Positions 1 to 11,382 of a stretch of 64,000 nt of DNA are shown piece by piece. A program made the position numbers and the translations under genes. Where the stretch lies: contig PAWM01000006.1 in the NCBI GenBank assembly GCA_002714185.1, positions 33,345 through 97,344 of the forward strand, written 5' to 3'. The stretch's first letter is position 1. Each line of letters begins with the position of its first letter. Under the pieces are notes generated by a model. It made no database searches and was not told the origin of the DNA. It saw nothing but the letters and a program-made list of their open reading frames with translations. Origin of the DNA: Flavobacteriales bacterium (GTDB lineage Bacteria > Bacteroidota > Bacteroidia > Flavobacteriales > TMED113).

Positions 1-212
1 CGTTTTACTTCTTTTCTAGTTCTCACTACAACTGCTGTGGTAACTTGTTTTTTCTTGACAGTTCCATTAGGAGTTACATCTTTAACAGAAACAACAATTT
101 TATCCCCTAGAGAAGCATATCTTCTTTTAGTTCCACCAAGGACTCTAATACATAAAACTTTTTTAGCACCAGTATTATCTGCAACATTTAATAACGATTC
201 TTGCTGTACCAT
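1..212 (-). CDS. rplN: 50S ribosomal protein L14 (5' part, runs off window)
   Basis: Manual translation [44 protein letters not shown]; follows rpsQ; absent from ORF track. Confidence 0.95.
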   Translation of the reverse strand, partial: MVQQESLLNVADNTGAKKVLCIRVLGGTKRRYASLGDKIVVSVKDVTPNGTVKKKQVTTAVVVRTRKEVK

Positions 213-214
213 AA

Positions 215-472
215 TTATTTAACTTTTTCTAAAACTTTAACTAATCTCCAACATTTTCTTTTACTGATAGGACGAGTTTCCATTATAGAAACTAAATCTC
301 CTACATTGCATATATTTTTTTCATCGTGTGCAACAAATTTCGATGTTGACTTAACAAATTTACCATACACAGGATGCTTCACCCGTCTCTCTACAGATAC
401 CACAATGGATTTATCCATTGAATTACTGGAAACTAATCCAATTCTTTCTTTCCTTAACTTTCTATCATTCAT
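215..472 (-). CDS. rpsQ: 30S ribosomal protein S17
   Basis: [22 protein letters not shown]...[13 protein letters not shown]; S10 operon order. Confidence 0.97.
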   Translation of the reverse strand: MNDRKLRKERIGLVSSNSMDKSIVVSVERRVKHPVYGKFVKSTSKFVAHDEKNICNVGDLVSIMETRPISKRKCWRLVKVLEKVK

Positions 473-663
473 GATATATTTCTTTTATTAATTTCTGTTA
501 ACAACCTAGCAATCTCACGTCTTTTATAACGAATCTCAATTGGACTATCCAATGAAGATGCTTTATGGTATAACTTCAACTTATTAAAGCTCATCTTATC
601 GTCTTTTAACTTTTTCAAAAGTTCTTGGTCTGTCATTTCACTAATTATATTTTTGCTCTTCAT
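469..663 (-). CDS. rpmC: 50S ribosomal protein L29
   Basis: 64 aa, [10 protein letters not shown]; ATGA overlap with rpsQ. Confidence 0.93.
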   Translation of the reverse strand: MKSKNIISEMTDQELLKKLKDDKMSFNKLKLYHKASSLDSPIEIRYKRREIARLLTEINKRNIS

Positions 664-666
664 AAT

Positions 667-1080
667 TTATAAATCTCTTCTCTTGATAAATTTTGTTTTT
701 ACAGGTAATTTTTGTGCTGCTAGTCTTAATGCTTCTGAAGCCACTTCAAAAGGTACACCATCGCATTCAAATAACATTCTCCCTGGTTTTACCACTGCAA
801 CCCAATACTCAGGAGAACCTTTTCCTTTTCCCATTCTTACCTCTGCTGGCTTTTTGGTCAAAACCTTGTCTGGAAAAATACGAATCCATAATTGTCCTTC
901 TCTTTTCATATATCTAGTTGCTGCAATACGAGCCGCTTCAATTTGTCTTGCTGTCACAAATGATTCTTCCATGGATTTAATTCCAAAAGAACCAAAGTTT
1001 AACAATGCACCTCTCTGTGCATTACCTTTCATTTTACCTTTCTGACTTTTTCTATATTTTGTTTTCTTTGGTTGTAACAT
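667..1080 (-). CDS. rplP: 50S ribosomal protein L16
   Basis: [11 protein letters not shown]...[14 protein letters not shown]; start moved to ATG at 1080. Confidence 0.97.
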   Translation of the reverse strand: MLQPKKTKYRKSQKGKMKGNAQRGALLNFGSFGIKSMEESFVTARQIEAARIAATRYMKREGQLWIRIFPDKVLTKKPAEVRMGKGKGSPEYWVAVVKPGRMLFECDGVPFEVASEALRLAAQKLPVKTKFIKRRDL

Positions 1081-1096
1081 AACAATTAAATAAAAT

Positions 1097-1792
1097 TTAT
1101 TTTTTCTTTCTTCCTCCCGACCTTTTTGTTCCAACTACAATGGTTTCGATAGGAGTTAGACTCCGCTTTCCATAAACCTCCCCTTTACATATCCAAACCT
1201 TCACACCTATTAAACCATATGTTGTTAATGCTTCTTCAACAGCATAATCAATATCAGCACGAAATGTATGCAACGGTGTTCGTCCCTCTTTGTACATTTC
1301 TGATCTTGCCATTTCTACACCATTTAATCGACCAGATACTTGAATTTTAATACCTTCTGCTCCCATTCTCATAGCAGAGGCAATAGCCATTTTAACTGCT
1401 CTTCTGTAAGGATATCTACCTTCAATTTGATTTGCAACATTTCTAGCAACTAATTTAGCATCTAATTCTGGTCTTTTAATTTCATATATATTTACTTGAA
1501 CATCTTTTGCTGTAATCTTTTTTAATTCTTCTTTTAATTTATCAACCTACTGACCACCTTTACCAATAATCAATCCAGGTCTAGAAGTACTAATTGTAAC
1601 AATAATATTTTTTAATGTTCTTTCTATCACTATCTTGGATACACTAGCTTTAATTAACCTAGCATGTAGATATTTACGAATTTTATAATCTTCTAAAATT
1701 CTATCTCCAAAATTCTTCCCACCATACCATGCAGAATCCCAGCCTCTAATAAAACCTAATCTATTTCCAATTGGATTTGTTTTCTGTCCCAT
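1097..1792 (-). CDS. rpsC: 30S ribosomal protein S3, with one in-frame TAG at 1547-1549
   Basis: Track ORFs 1547-1792 and 1097-1390 share a frame: [19 protein letters not shown]...[10 protein letters not shown]...; 232 codons in total. Confidence 0.95.
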
Positions 1793-1795
1793 AAT

Positions 1796-2185
1796 TTAAT
1801 TTTGTTTTAATCCTAGTATTAATGTAACATGATTTGATCTTTTTCTAATACGATGTGCTCTTCCTTGTGGAGCCGGTTGAATTCTTTTTAACATTCTACC
1901 AGAATCAACAAAGATTTCTTTAATAAATAAATCTGAACTATCATCTGAATGCTTTGTTTGCCAATTCGCAATTGCAGATAATAATAATTTTTCTAATCTT
2001 ACAGAAGCATCTTTTGAACTGTGCTTCAATAAGGTTAATGCTTTATTCACTTCTAATCCTCTTATTTGATCAACTACTAATCGCATTTTTCTCGGTGAAG
2101 TTGGACAATTCTTTAATATTGCGATTGCTTTTTTATCCTGTGCTACCACCATATCTGAAGAATTATTATTTTTTTTAACTGCCAT
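1796..2185 (-). CDS. rplV: 50S ribosomal protein L22
   Basis: [10 protein letters not shown]...[18 protein letters not shown]. Confidence 0.97.
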   Translation of the reverse strand: MAVKKNNNSSDMVVAQDKKAIAILKNCPTSPRKMRLVVDQIRGLEVNKALTLLKHSSKDASVRLEKLLLSAIANWQTKHSDDSSDLFIKEIFVDSGRMLKRIQPAPQGRAHRIRKRSNHVTLILGLKQN

Positions 2186-2201
2186 TGTTTAATAATTAAA
2201 T

Positions 2202-2468
2202 TTATTTCTTTTTACCACCATGTCCTCTAAATGATCTAGTTGGTGAAAACTCACCTAATTTGTGACCAACCATATTCTCCGTAATAAATACAGGTACAAA
2301 TTGTTTACCATTATGTACAGCAAATGTTTGACCAACAAAATCAGGTATAATCATTGATGCTCGACTCCAAGTCTTTATTACTGTTTTCTTATTATTCGCC
2401 ACATTCACCTCAACTTTTTTCACAAGTTTATGATGTACATAAGGTCCTTTTTTTAGAGATCTTGCCAT
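2202..2468 (-). CDS. rpsS: 30S ribosomal protein S19
   Basis: [11 protein letters not shown]...[12 protein letters not shown]. Confidence 0.98.
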   Translation of the reverse strand: MARSLKKGPYVHHKLVKKVEVNVANNKKTVIKTWSRASMIIPDFVGQTFAVHNGKQFVPVFITENMVGHKLGEFSPTRSFRGHGGKKK

Positions 2469-2469
2469 A

Positions 2470-3291
2470 TTATTTTCTTCGTTTTACAATATATTTATTT
2501 GAAACTTTTTTCTTCTGTCTTGTTTTAAATCCTTTAGCAGGTATACCATTTCTTGAACGAGGGTGACCTCCAGAAGCTTTACCTTCACCTCCACCCATAG
2601 GGTGATCAACAGGATTCATAGCTACTCCTCTAGTTCTAGGCCTACGACCAAACCACCGACTTCTACCAGCTTTACCTGATTTTTGAAGTCCGTGTTCAGA
2701 ATTAGAAACCACTCCAATTGTTGCTAAGCATGTATTTAAAACAAGCCTAGTTTCTCCACTAGGTAATCTTAATGTAGCATACTTACCTTCTCTAGCTACT
2801 AATTGGACACTTGCACCAGCACTCCTAGCCATTGCAGCTCCTTTACCCGGCATCATTTCAACATTATGTATACTAGTACCTAATGGAATTTCTGAAAGAT
2901 ACATTGAATTACCATTATTTGGCTGTACCCCTTTACCTGAAATAATTTCATCACCAACTTTAAGTCCCTTAGGGGAAATAATATATCTTTTTTCACCATC
3001 TTTATAAAACAACAAAGCAATTCTGGCGGTTCTATTTGGATCATATTCTATGGACTTAACAATAGCTGGAATACCAAACTTATTACGTTTAAAATCAATA
3101 ATTCTATATTTCTTTTTATGCCCACCCCCTAGATATCGCATAGTCATTCTTCCATCATTATTTCTACCACCGCTCCTAGTTTTAACTTTCGTTAAACTTT
3201 TTTCCGGTCTTGAATTAGTGACATCTTCAAAAGTTGTAACAACTTTGAAACGTTGACCTGGTGTTAATGGATTAATTTTTTTTATTGCCAT
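2470..3291 (-). CDS. rplB: 50S ribosomal protein L2
   Basis: [26 protein letters not shown]. Confidence 0.98.
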   Translation of the reverse strand: MAIKKINPLTPGQRFKVVTTFEDVTNSRPEKSLTKVKTRSGGRNNDGRMTMRYLGGGHKKKYRIIDFKRNKFGIPAIVKSIEYDPNRTARIALLFYKDGEKRYIISPKGLKVGDEIISGKGVQPNNGNSMYLSEIPLGTSIHNVEMMPGKGAAMARSAGASVQLVAREGKYATLRLPSGETRLVLNTCLATIGVVSNSEHGLQKSGKAGRSRWFGRRPRTRGVAMNPVDHPMGGGEGKASGGHPRSRNGIPAKGFKTRQKKKVSNKYIVKRRK

Positions 3292-3293
3292 AA

Positions 3294-3584
3294 TTATACA
3301 TTACTATAAAAGTCTATACTATTTCCATCTACTAACTGAACAATTGCTTTCTTATAACTGTTTTTTTTACCTTCAACAACACCGCCTTTAGTAGATCTAG
3401 ATTTTGTTTTACCATAATAATTCATTGTTCTAACAGACTTAACTTTCACCTCATATAAACTTTCAACTGACTTTTTAATATCTATTTTATTTGCTGTCTT
3501 CAATACAACAAAAGCATAGCGATTAAAAGACTCAGTTTGACTAGTCATTTTCTCTGTTACTATAGGTTTAAGTATTATATTCAT
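3294..3584 (-). CDS. rplW: 50S ribosomal protein L23
   Basis: PIVTEK...YKKAIVQL; operon order. Confidence 0.96.
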   Translation of the reverse strand: MNIILKPIVTEKMTSQTESFNRYAFVVLKTANKIDIKKSVESLYEVKVKSVRTMNYYGKTKSRSTKGGVVEGKKNSYKKAIVQLVDGNSIDFYSNV

Positions 3585-3588
3585 AAAC

Positions 3589-4206
3589 TTAATTTTTAAT
3601 ATTTTTTAAAGCACTTTCAACAATAATAAGTTTAGATGCATCTAAAATATTATAAACATTCATTTCATTTGGAGTAATCACCATCGATTTTTGTATGTTT
3701 CGAGCTGATAACACAATAGAAGAATTGTTTTCTGTTAAAATCATCATTGTTTTCTCTTTTTCAACACCAAGATTTTCTAATAAATCAAGGTATTGCTTTG
3801 TTTTAGGGTTATCAAAAGTGAAATCCTCAATAATTAAAATATTTTTTGAACTTGCCTTATGACTAAGAGCTGAATAACGAGCTAGATTTCTAACTTTTTT
3901 ATTTAATTTAAATGAGTAATCTCTTGGTTTAGGGCCAAAAACTCTACCTCCTCCCCTAAAAAGTGGATTCTTAATACTTCCAGCACGAGCTGTTCCTGTT
4001 CCCTTTTGTTTTTTAATTTTACGTGTACTTCCTTTAATTTCTCCTCTCTCTTTAGACTTACTTGTTCCTTGCCTATTATTTGCTCTATATTGCTTAACAC
4101 CTAAATAAACTGCATGATTATGCTCGGGAACACCGAAGATAGATTTATCAAGAGTAATTTCTCTTCCTGTTTCTTTACCTTTGATATTTAAAACTGGTAA
4201 TTTCAT
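3589..4206 (-). CDS. rplD: 50S ribosomal protein L4
   Basis: KQKGTGTARAGS...GGGRVFGPKPRDY. Confidence 0.97.
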   Translation of the reverse strand: MKLPVLNIKGKETGREITLDKSIFGVPEHNHAVYLGVKQYRANNRQGTSKSKERGEIKGSTRKIKKQKGTGTARAGSIKNPLFRGGGRVFGPKPRDYSFKLNKKVRNLARYSALSHKASSKNILIIEDFTFDNPKTKQYLDLLENLGVEKEKTMMILTENNSSIVLSARNIQKSMVITPNEMNVYNILDASKLIIVESALKNIKN

Positions 4207-4859
4207 TAGTTTGTAATATTTAAATAACTATTATTAGCTCCTGGTACTGAACCCTCTAAAACAATTACATTCTTATCTAAAAAAACTTGTAAGACTTTTA
4301 AATTTTTTACAGTAACCTTATCTCCTCCCATTCTACCTGCCATTCGCATACCTTTAAATACTCTTGCAGGATATGATGCTGCTCCAATTGACCCTGGTGC
4401 TCTCATCCTGTTATGTTTACCATGGGTCGCATCCCCAACACCTCTAAAATTATGTCTCTTAACAACACCTTGAAATCCCTTACCTTTACTAGTACCAGAT
4501 ACATCTACATATTCACCCTCTTTAAATAAATCTACCTTAATTGTATCACCTAGTTTTAAATCCATTTTAGACGAATCACCACTTTCACTATCAGTTTTCA
4601 TATAATTATCCTGAAATTCAGCATATATTTTTTTAGCAGTTGTATTAGCTTTTTTAGCATGTCCAATGCTTGACTTATTAGTATTCTTTATTTTTTTATC
4701 CTTAAAACCTATTTGAATCGCATGATAACCATCTGTTTCTAATTGTTTTATTTGTGTAACAACACAAGGTCCTGCTTCAATCATAGTACAAGGGATACTC
4801 TTTCCATCTTTACTGAAAAAACTACTCATACCTATTTTTCTACCTATTATACCTGCCAT
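4206..4859 (-). CDS. rplC: 50S ribosomal protein L3
   Basis: [13 protein letters not shown]...[13 protein letters not shown]. Confidence 0.97.
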   Translation of the reverse strand: MAGIIGRKIGMSSFFSKDGKSIPCTMIEAGPCVVTQIKQLETDGYHAIQIGFKDKKIKNTNKSSIGHAKKANTTAKKIYAEFQDNYMKTDSESGDSSKMDLKLGDTIKVDLFKEGEYVDVSGTSKGKGFQGVVKRHNFRGVGDATHGKHNRMRAPGSIGAASYPARVFKGMRMAGRMGGDKVTVKNLKVLQVFLDKNVIVLEGSVPGANNSYLNITN

Positions 4860-4863
4860 AACA

Positions 4864-5169
4864 TTAAGCTTTAATTTCTACTTCAACACCACTGGGCAGC
4901 TCTAATTTCATTAATGCATCTACTGTGTTTGTTGAAGTACTATATATATCTAATAACCTCTTGTAAGAATTCAATTCAAATTGTTCTCTTGATTTCTTAT
5001 TTACATGTGGTGATTTTAAAACTGTAAAAATCTTTTTATTTGTTGGTAACGGAATTGGACCACTAACAACAGCACCTGTCGACTTAACTGTCTTTACAAT
5101 CTTTAATGCAGATTTATCGACTAAATTATAGTCATATGATTTTAACTTTATTCTTATTCGTTGACTCAT
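4864..5169 (-). CDS. rpsJ: 30S ribosomal protein S10
   Basis: GPIPLPT...[12 protein letters not shown]. Confidence 0.98.
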   Translation of the reverse strand: MSQRIRIKLKSYDYNLVDKSALKIVKTVKSTGAVVSGPIPLPTNKKIFTVLKSPHVNKKSREQFELNSYKRLLDIYSTSTNTVDALMKLELPSGVEVEIKA

Positions 5170-5173
5170 AATT

Positions 5174-7279
5174 TTATGCTTCTATTTTTTTATTTTTTGC
5201 TATTACTTCATCTGCAATATTTTTAGGGACTGCATCATAATGACTAAATTCCATCGTAGATGTAGCACGACCTGAAGTAATGGTTCGTAAGTCAGTAACA
5301 TAACCAAACATTTCTGATAATGGTACTTTAGAATTGACTATCGTTGCTCCACTTCGTTCACTAGTACCCTCAATAAGTCCTCTTCTTTTATTTAAATCAC
5401 CTATTACATCTCCCATATATTGATCAGGTGTTACAACTTCCAATTTCATAAATGGCTCAAGTAAAACAGGTTGACATTTAGGTAATGCTTCTCTAAAAGC
5501 TGATTTTGCACATATTTCAAATGATAATTGATCTGAATCTACAGCATGAAAAGATCCATCAGTAAGTGTTACTTTCATAGAATCCACTTCATAACCTGCT
5601 AAAACACCATTTCTCATAGCATCTTTAAACCCTTTTTTTACAGACGGAATAAATTCTTTAGGGATATTTCATCCTTTTACTTTATCTTCGAAAATTAATC
5701 CAGGGTTTTCTATATCATCGTTTGGCTCAACTTTAAAAATAATGTCTGCAAACTTACCTCGACCACCTGTTTGTTTTTTATACACTTCTCTGTGTTCAAC
5801 CGAACCTTTAATGGTTTCCTTGTAATTTACTTGTGGAGCACCTTGATTACATTCAACACTAAATTCTCTTCTTAATCTATCAACAAGGACTTCCAAGTGT
5901 AATTCACCCATACCTGAAATAATTGTTTGGCCAGTATCATGATCTGTCTTTACTTGAAATGTTGGATCTTCTTCAGATAATTTACCTAATGCAACACCCA
6001 ATTTATCAACATCATTTTGAGTTTTTGGCTCCACTGCAATACCTATAACTGGATCAGGAAATTCCATAGACTCTAATATAACCTGCTCATTTTCAACACA
6101 AAGTGTGTCACCTGTTCTTATGTCTTTAAATCCGACAGCAGCTCCTATATCTCCAGCTTCTATTTTATCCAAGGCATTTCTAGAGTTAGAATGCATTTGA
6201 AATATACGAGAAATTCTTTCTTTAGAATTTGACCTTGTATTAAATACATATGAACCTGCATTTAATGAACCGGAATATACTCTAAAAAAACATAAACGAC
6301 CAACAAATGGATCTGTAGCAATTTTAAAAGCTAAAGCAGAGAAAGGTTCACTATTAGATGGTTTTCTTGTTACTTCTTCATCATTTTTTGGATTTATACC
6401 AACAATTGAAGGAACATCAATAGGGCTTGGTAAATATAGCATTACATTATCAAGCAATGTTTGAACTCCTTTATTTTTAAATGCAGAACCACATAGCATC
6501 GGAGTGATGCTCATAGATAATGTTGCTTTTCTAATAGCATTTTCGATTTCATCTTTAGTAATTGAATCCGGATCTTCAAAATACTTCTCCATTAGAATTT
6601 CATCTGATTCAGCAACAGCTTCAAGCATCTTTTCTCTCCATTCATTAGCAGTAGATACTAAATCTGAGGGTATATCTTCTTCTTTGAATGTCATTCCAAG
6701 ATCATCTTCATTCCAAATAATTGCCTTCATAATAACTAAATCGACAACACCTTTAAAATCATCCTCTGCACCAATTGGAATTTGTAAAGGAACTGGGTTA
6801 CCATTTAATCTGTCTTTAACTTGTTCAACACAACGAAAAAAATCAGCTCCAATTCTATCCATTTTATTAACAAATCCAATTCTAGGAACATTATATCTAT
6901 CTGCTTGTCGCCAAACTGTTTCAGATTGTGGTTCAACACCTCCAGATGCACAGAATAATGCAACTGCACCATCAAGAACTCTTAAAGATCTTTCAACTTC
7001 AACAGTAAAATCAACGTGCCCTGGAGTATCAATAATATTCATTTTGAACTCCTGTTCCCTAAACTTCCAATTAGTTGTAGTAGCTGCAGATGTGATTGTA
7101 ATTCCTCTTTCTTGCTCCTGCTCCATCCAATCCATTGTAGCCGCACCATCATGAACTTCACCAATCTTGTGACTCAAGCCAGTGTAATAAAGTATTCTCT
7201 CAGTTGTTGTCGTTTTTCCGGCATCAATGTGAGCCATAATCCCAATATTCCTAGTGTATTTTAAATCTCTTTGTGCCAT
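5174..7279 (-). CDS. fusA: Elongation factor G, with one in-frame TGA at 5669-5671
   Basis: [21 protein letters not shown]; reads [24 protein letters not shown] in frame into ORF 5174-5617; 702 codons. Confidence 0.96.
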
Positions 7280-7297
7280 TGCTAAAATATTATTATA

Positions 7298-7771
7298 TTA
7301 AAATCTAAAATGTGAAAATGCTTTATTTGCTTCTGCCATTCTATGGACCTCTGTCTTCTTTTTAATTGATGCCCCTTCTTCTTTATAAGCGGCTAAAATT
7401 TCCTGTGCTAACTTTTCGGCCATAGATTTTTCATTTCTTTTTCTTGAAAATTTAATCATCCAAGACATCGCCATAGATACTTTTCTTTCTGGTCTAATCT
7501 GCATTGGAATTTGAAAAGTCGCACCGCCAATTCGTCTACTTCTCACTTCAACTTGAGGCATAACATTAGATAGTGCCTTTTTCCATATATCTAATCCTGT
7601 ATCTTCTTCAGATTTATTTTTATCTACAATCTCAATTGCATCATAAAAAATCTTAAAAGCAAGATTTTTTTTACCACTTATCATCATCGTATTAACAAAT
7701 CGAGTAACAAGCTTATCCCCAAATTTTGGGTCAGGTAATAAAATTCGTTTTTTTGCTCTAGATTTTCTCAC
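7298..7771 (-). CDS. rpsG: 30S ribosomal protein S7
   Basis: VEVRSRRIGGATFQIP...MAEANKAFSHFRF; GTG start. Confidence 0.98.
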   Translation of the reverse strand: MRKSRAKKRILLPDPKFGDKLVTRFVNTMMISGKKNLAFKIFYDAIEIVDKNKSEEDTGLDIWKKALSNVMPQVEVRSRRIGGATFQIPMQIRPERKVSMAMSWMIKFSRKRNEKSMAEKLAQEILAAYKEEGASIKKKTEVHRMAEANKAFSHFRF

Positions 7772-7791
7772 TTTATTTTAATTTAAATTAA

Positions 7792-8169
7792 TTATTTTTT
7801 TTTCGCTTTCTTTGTACCGTATTTTGACCTCCTTTGATTTCTACCTTCAACCCCGGCTGTATCTAATGCTCCTCTAACAATGTGATATCTAACACCTGGT
7901 AAATCTTTCACCCTTCCACCTCTAACTAGAACAATTGAATGTTCTTGTAAATTATGACCTTCACCAGGAATATATGCATTAACTTCATAGCCATTGGTTA
8001 ATCTAACTCTAGCTACTTTCCGCATAGCTGAATTAGGTTTTTTAGGTGTCGTTGTATAGACACGAGTACAAACACCTCTTCTTTGCGGACATGCACTTAA
8101 AGCAAGAGATTTACTCTTTTTCACTAATGACTTCCTTCCTTTTCTAACTAACTGCTGAATCGTTGGCAT
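7792..8169 (-). CDS. rpsL: 30S ribosomal protein S12
   Basis: [12 protein letters not shown]...[10 protein letters not shown]...[11 protein letters not shown]. Confidence 0.98.
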   Translation of the reverse strand: MPTIQQLVRKGRKSLVKKSKSLALSACPQRRGVCTRVYTTTPKKPNSAMRKVARVRLTNGYEVNAYIPGEGHNLQEHSIVLVRGGRVKDLPGVRYHIVRGALDTAGVEGRNQRRSKYGTKKAKKK

Positions 8170-8232
8170 AATTTATAAACATTTTTTATCTGTTATCAAT
8201 CTTATTAAAATTCCATTTTCAAAAATGGTTTG

Positions 8233-8263
8233 CAAATCTATAAATTTTAATCATTATATCAAA
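8233..8263 (-). promoter_or_regulatory. Bacteroidota housekeeping promoter for the rpsL operon
   Basis: Minus strand TTTG-N19-TAGATTTG matches the -33 TTTG / -7 TAnnTTTG consensus, about 65 nt upstream of rpsL. Confidence 0.75.
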
Positions 8264-8482
8264 CCTAATTTTTCTTTTTTTATAACATTATAGAAATATA
8301 AAGGTAAATAGTGAGTTAAAATATGACTATAAAGTATTGATTATAAGTCTAGTATTGTTTTTTTTACATCAAAAATAAATAGTATAGATAATAGCTTAGA
8401 TTAATACGAAAAAAATACCTATCCTTGCAAAAGGAATAATACCTGAATTAAAATTTACACAATTTAGCAAATTTACAAATCC

Positions 8483-10714
8483 ATGGATAACTCATTGAAA
8501 AAATCTGATAATACACAAAAACAAAAATTAAACTCGGAACAATTTGCTGCTGTCCAACATACTGAGGGACCTGTTATGATTATAGCTGGGCCAGGATCTG
8601 GAAAAACAAGAGTAATTACTGAGAGGATTGCACATTTAATTAATATTGGTATAAACCCTGAAAATATATTAGCATTAACCTTTACAAATAAAGCAGCTAA
8701 AGAAATGAAAGCTCGTATTGCAGATTTAACTGAAAATAATGATGTTTTTGCAATTTGTATGGGAACTTTTCATTCTATTTTTTCAAAAATACTTAGAGAG
8801 GAGGCTCACATAATTGGATACACTACAAACTTTACAATATACGACAATGAAGATTCAGTAAAAATTATAAGAAGAATTATAAAAGATTTAAATCTTGATA
8901 AAGATATTTATAATGCAAAAAATATATTTACAAGAATTTCATTAATGAAGAACTATATCATCAGTCCAAAAAAATACCTTCACAGTGAGACATTAAAAAA
9001 ACAAGACCTCAACAATAAAAGACCAGAATTTTTGAACATCTATAGAAAATACTGCGAATCATGTAAACAATCAAATTGTATGGACTTTGATGACTTACTG
9101 ATCAATACTTATGATTTATTTAAAGAAAATGAAGAAATTTTAAACAAATACCAAACAAAATTTCAATACATATTAATTGATGAGTATCAAGACACAAATA
9201 AGGTTCAAGATGAAATAATCAAGCAAGTAAGTGACAAAAATAAAAATGTCTGTATTGTTGGAGATGATTCACAAAGTATTTACTCTTTTAGAGGAGCAAA
9301 TATTAATAATATGTTAAATTTTAAAAAATTCTATTCGGATGTCAAAGAATTTAAACTAGAACAAAACTATAGATCAACTCAAAATATAGTTAATGCTGCT
9401 AATTCTCTAATTGCATATAACAAGAATAAAATAGATAAAACTATCTTTAGTGACAAAGAGGAGGGAGAAAAAATACAATTACTAGAATATTACAACGATA
9501 GAGAAGAAGGTCAAAAAATAGCAACTTTAATAAGTAATTCTATCCAACAATCTACATCTGCTTCACAACATGCAGTATTATATCGGACAAACAGTCAATC
9601 CAAAGTTATTGAAGATGGTTTAAGAAAGCTTGGAGTAAAATATAAAATTTATGGCGGCTTATCATTTTATCAAAGAAAAGAAATCAAAGACATAATGGCA
9701 TTTCTAAAACTTATATTAAATAATAATGATGATGAATCTTTACTGAGAATTTTCAACTATCCAACAAGAGGTATTGGTTTAAGTACAATTAATAAGATTA
9801 GACTTAAAGCAGAAGAAAATAATTATACAATTTGGAGAACTCTTAACTCTGAGAAAATTAACGAAGTGCACTTCACAAAAAATGTGAAAAAAAATATTGA
9901 TCATTTTGTAGAATTACTTCACACAATATTTAAATCAATAAATAAAAATGTATTTGAAATACTTGAGTTAGTAATTGAGACAACGGGTATCGTAAGAAGA
10001 TTAGAAGATAATCCTAATCCAGAAAATATAAATAGACTAGAAAATATTAGTGAGTTATTTAATAGCACAAAAATATTTTCAATGAGAAGCAATAATGATA
10101 AATTAATTGATTTTATAAATGAAATATCTTTGGATGAATCAACTGAGCAAAAAACTACTCATAATGACTATGTTTCACTCATGACTATACATCAATCAAA
10201 AGGATTGGAATTTCCATATGTTTATATAGTAGGACTTGAAAACGGTCTATTTCCTTCACAACAAAGTATGAGAGAGAAAAAACAACTAGAAGAAGAAAGA
10301 AGATTATTTTATGTAGCAATCACTAGGGCAATCAAAAAAGTTATAGTATCATATTCATTAAATAGATTTAAGTTTGGTTCAATGAACCAAACTACTCAAA
10401 GTCTCTTTTTAAATGAAATTAATTATTATTTTATAAAAACAATCAAAAATCAAAAGGCATATAAATCACATTCCACTACCTTCTCAATTCCTAAACTAAA
10501 TAACAGGAAGTTAGTCAAAATTACCAATAATGACCACAATCATCATTATAAGAATCTTCAAATAGGTCAAAACATCTTACACAATGTATTTGGTAAAGGA
10601 ACTATAAAAACAATTGACAACTCACATGGAAATCAAAAAATCAAGGTTTTATTTTTAGAACACGGAGAAAAAATATTATTGACAAAATTTGCAAAATTTA
10701 AAATAATCTCCTGA
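8483..10714 (+). CDS. uvrD: UvrD/PcrA-family ATP-dependent DNA helicase
   Basis: AGPGSGKT, LTFTNKAA, DEYQD, VGDDSQSIYSFRGA, LEQNYRS, EERRLFYVAITRA. Confidence 0.93.
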   Translation: MDNSLKKSDNTQKQKLNSEQFAAVQHTEGPVMIIAGPGSGKTRVITERIAHLINIGINPENILALTFTNKAAKEMKARIADLTENNDVFAICMGTFHSIFSKILREEAHIIGYTTNFTIYDNEDSVKIIRRIIKDLNLDKDIYNAKNIFTRISLMKNYIISPKKYLHSETLKKQDLNNKRPEFLNIYRKYCESCKQSNCMDFDDLLINTYDLFKENEEILNKYQTKFQYILIDEYQDTNKVQDEIIKQVSDKNKNVCIVGDDSQSIYSFRGANINNMLNFKKFYSDVKEFKLEQNYRSTQNIVNAANSLIAYNKNKIDKTIFSDKEEGEKIQLLEYYNDREEGQKIATLISNSIQQSTSASQHAVLYRTNSQSKVIEDGLRKLGVKYKIYGGLSFYQRKEIKDIMAFLKLILNNNDDESLLRIFNYPTRGIGLSTINKIRLKAEENNYTIWRTLNSEKINEVHFTKNVKKNIDHFVELLHTIFKSINKNVFEILELVIETTGIVRRLEDNPNPENINRLENISELFNSTKIFSMRSNNDKLIDFINEISLDESTEQKTTHNDYVSLMTIHQSKGLEFPYVYIVGLENGLFPSQQSMREKKQLEEERRLFYVAITRAIKKVIVSYSLNRFKFGSMNQTTQSLFLNEINYYFIKTIKNQKAYKSHSTTFSIPKLNNRKLVKITNNDHNHHYKNLQIGQNILHNVFGKGTIKTIDNSHGNQKIKVLFLEHGEKILLTKFAKFKIIS

Positions 10715-10744
10715 TATTTGGAATGATAATATCTTTTTCTTTTA

Positions 10745-10752
10745 TAAGTTTG
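10745..10752 (+). promoter_or_regulatory. -7 promoter element (TAAGTTTG)
   Basis: Exact TAnnTTTG match 21 nt before ATG 10774. Confidence 0.5.
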
Positions 10753-10773
10753 AACTAGAAATTTACAATCACT

Positions 10774-11382
10774 ATGAAATATAATACACAATTAAAGCCC
10801 TTAATAATTCCTGAATATGGTAGACATATTCATTCAATGGCTAATAGCCTTTTAGATATTAAAGATGATACAAAAAGAAATCAACAAGCTCAAGTATTAA
10901 TCAATATTATGGGTAATTTAAATTCACACCTGCGAGATGTGGATGAATATAAGCATAAATTATGGGATCATCTTTTTGTTATGTGTGAACACAAATTAGA
11001 TATTAAATCGCCTTATCCTGAACCAAACAATGAAGAAGCTGAAAAGAAAGTAAAAACAAGAATCAATAATACACAAGGTAGTGTTCAATACAAACATTAT
11101 GGAAAATTGATTATCTTGCTCATTAAAGAAGCAGTTAAAATCAAAGACACCAACTTAAAAAATCATGCATTCGAACAAATTGCTCTTCAAATGAAGAGAG
11201 CATATCTTAATTGGAATCAAACAAATGTACAGGATACCCAAATCTGGAAAGACTTAGAACATTTTGCAGGAGAAAAACTAGCAATTGACACAACAAAAAT
11301 TATACCTGTATTTCAAACAACCACCACTAGGAAAAAGCCTTTTTATAAAAAATCTAATAGAAAACATTATTCAAAAAAATAA
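10774..11382 (+). CDS. DUF4290-family protein
   Basis: YNTQLKPLIIPEYGRHI, YKHKLWDHLFVM, SPYP; this family is typically just upstream of murA in Bacteroidota. Confidence 0.8.
   Translation: MKYNTQLKPLIIPEYGRHIHSMANSLLDIKDDTKRNQQAQVLINIMGNLNSHLRDVDEYKHKLWDHLFVMCEHKLDIKSPYPEPNNEEAEKKVKTRINNTQGSVQYKHYGKLIILLIKEAVKIKDTNLKNHAFEQIALQMKRAYLNWNQTNVQDTQIWKDLEHFAGEKLAIDTTKIIPVFQTTTTRKKPFYKKSNRKHYSKK

Noticed and set aside
1097-7279. Calling rpsC and fusA pseudogenes or split genes
   Set aside because: Both are essential genes in their canonical operon with intact frames on both sides of the stop and no general decay.
4864-7279. No tuf between fusA and rpsJ
   Set aside because: This is the normal Bacteroidota arrangement.
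8170-8482. Possible ncRNA in the largest intergenic gap (rpsL-uvrD)
   Set aside because: It is AT-rich divergent promoter DNA with only weak inverted repeats (e.g. ccattttcaaaaatgg) and no recognisable RNA family.
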